The notes below the pieces were generated by a model. It saw nothing but the letters and a program-made list of their open reading frames with translations. It ran no database searches and was not told the DNA's origin. From Phoronis australis (Eukaryota; Animalia; Phoronida): a DNA stretch of 64,000 nt. The first letter of the stretch is position 1. Each line of letters opens with the position of its first letter. The stretch is from contig NMRA01000325.1 in assembly GCA_002633005.1 (NCBI GenBank), positions 390,836 to 454,835 on the forward strand, in the 5' to 3' direction. A program made the position numbers and the translations under genes. Shown piece after piece: positions 63,126 to 64,000 of this stretch.

Positions 63126-63499
63126 CTACGTAACATCAGTGACAACATTAGGCTACGGGGTGGTGCTGTAGGCAATTTAACCTCTGGAGCCTCTAGTGGA
63201 TGAAGCTACTCGAACTCAAACGTCAAGACGTATGTGCGGGAATTTTGTGACATTTTGTATGGCTATATTTAGCGTGTAGAGTGTCGGCAGTTTTAATTCA
63301 CCAACAACAATGGAACATTGTGAACTGTTGTGAACATGCACCCCAGTGCTCAGACAAACAAAACGTAGTTCAGCAGACATCAACAGTGGGCATTTCCCCA
63401 AAAAAAAAAACTGGAGAGAACGTCGACATCAAGCAACCGTAACCACCACTGACAAGTTGGCAAAAGTTTTAGTTAGGCCAACAACTATAGTCCGGTTAC

Positions 63500-63652
63500 C
63501 TATTGTCGTCAGGCTCCAAAGGTCGTCCGCCATCTTGTTTCGCGTGCAGCGCAACCACGCGGGACTTAGCGTTCCAATTTGGAGTGCTCGTGTGCACGTT
63601 AGGTACTAACTTATCGGAAGAGACACGTATCAAAGTAATGAGACAAAAATCG
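63500..63652. promoter_or_regulatory. Candidate CpG-rich bidirectional promoter with two divergent first exons
   Basis: Minus strand: AAGATGGCGG (YY1 motif/Kozak, ATG 63533) to donor AG|GTAACC at 63500/63499. Plus strand: ATG 63638 (MRQKS) to donor CG|GTGAGT at 63652/63653. Local CpG density is well above background. Confidence 0.55.
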
Positions 63653-64000
63653 GTGAGTTTACCGATTGTTTTTTAAAACCACTTAAAAATCAGTAGATTT
63701 TACTAATACACTTTTTTGTGCGTTTTCAGAAGATGTTTTCGAATTTAAATGTTCTTCCGACGGGACACAAAACATGATCCAGGGTTTGTTTATGCAATGT
63801 ATCTGTTTTTCCCAGGCACTAGTAGGATCTAGAAGGCCAAAGGACAAATCCGCAGACAAATGCGATACGCTGGGTTCTTAACATTTTTGCCTCACGTTCA
63901 CCATTAAACTGCATTGAAATGTTGTCCAATTGGCTTTTATTGGAAACCACAGTGCAGAGCTCAACATCAAAGCTTCAAATCGAGTTTATGTCAATAAAAA

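Noticed and set aside
837-63609. The majority of the 60-146 aa ORFs in the supplied track
   Set aside because: They are expected by chance, often start at TTG/GTG, and show intron-like composition. Only those overlapping NHE, MBLAC1 or transposon remnants were retained.

Overview
This is AT-rich, intron-rich animal genomic DNA, probably from a marine invertebrate; the species cannot be determined from the sequence. The supplied ORF track is mostly spurious. Main content: (1) a complete 18-exon endosomal Na+/H+ exchanger gene of the NHE6/7/9 (SLC9A6/7/9) clade on + (CDS 18808-49027, ~709 aa) with three minor-spliceosome (U12) introns, two GT-AG and one AT-AC; (2) a convergent 5-coding-exon MBLAC1-like metallo-beta-lactamase gene on - (59061-53566, ~211 aa), probably transcribed from a bidirectional promoter near 63.55 kb; (3) the probable 5' end of an unidentified - strand gene (first exon ~13.5-13.75 kb, first coding exon ~6.7-6.9 kb) that runs off the left edge; (4) many transposon relics. 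These include a miniature LTR retroelement (TRIM) whose LTRs carry a tRNA-Glu-like sequence, a 3.8-kb long-TIR DNA transposon with a decayed spliced gene, a Tc2/pogo-like non-autonomous element, RTE-X-like and CR1-like LINE fragments, a Harbinger-like fragment and several MITEs/palindromes. Two blocks joined by single Ns (24.6-29.0 kb and 38.0-40.9 kb) look like both haplotypes assembled in tandem, not real exon duplications. All annotation was done by eye; no searches were run.
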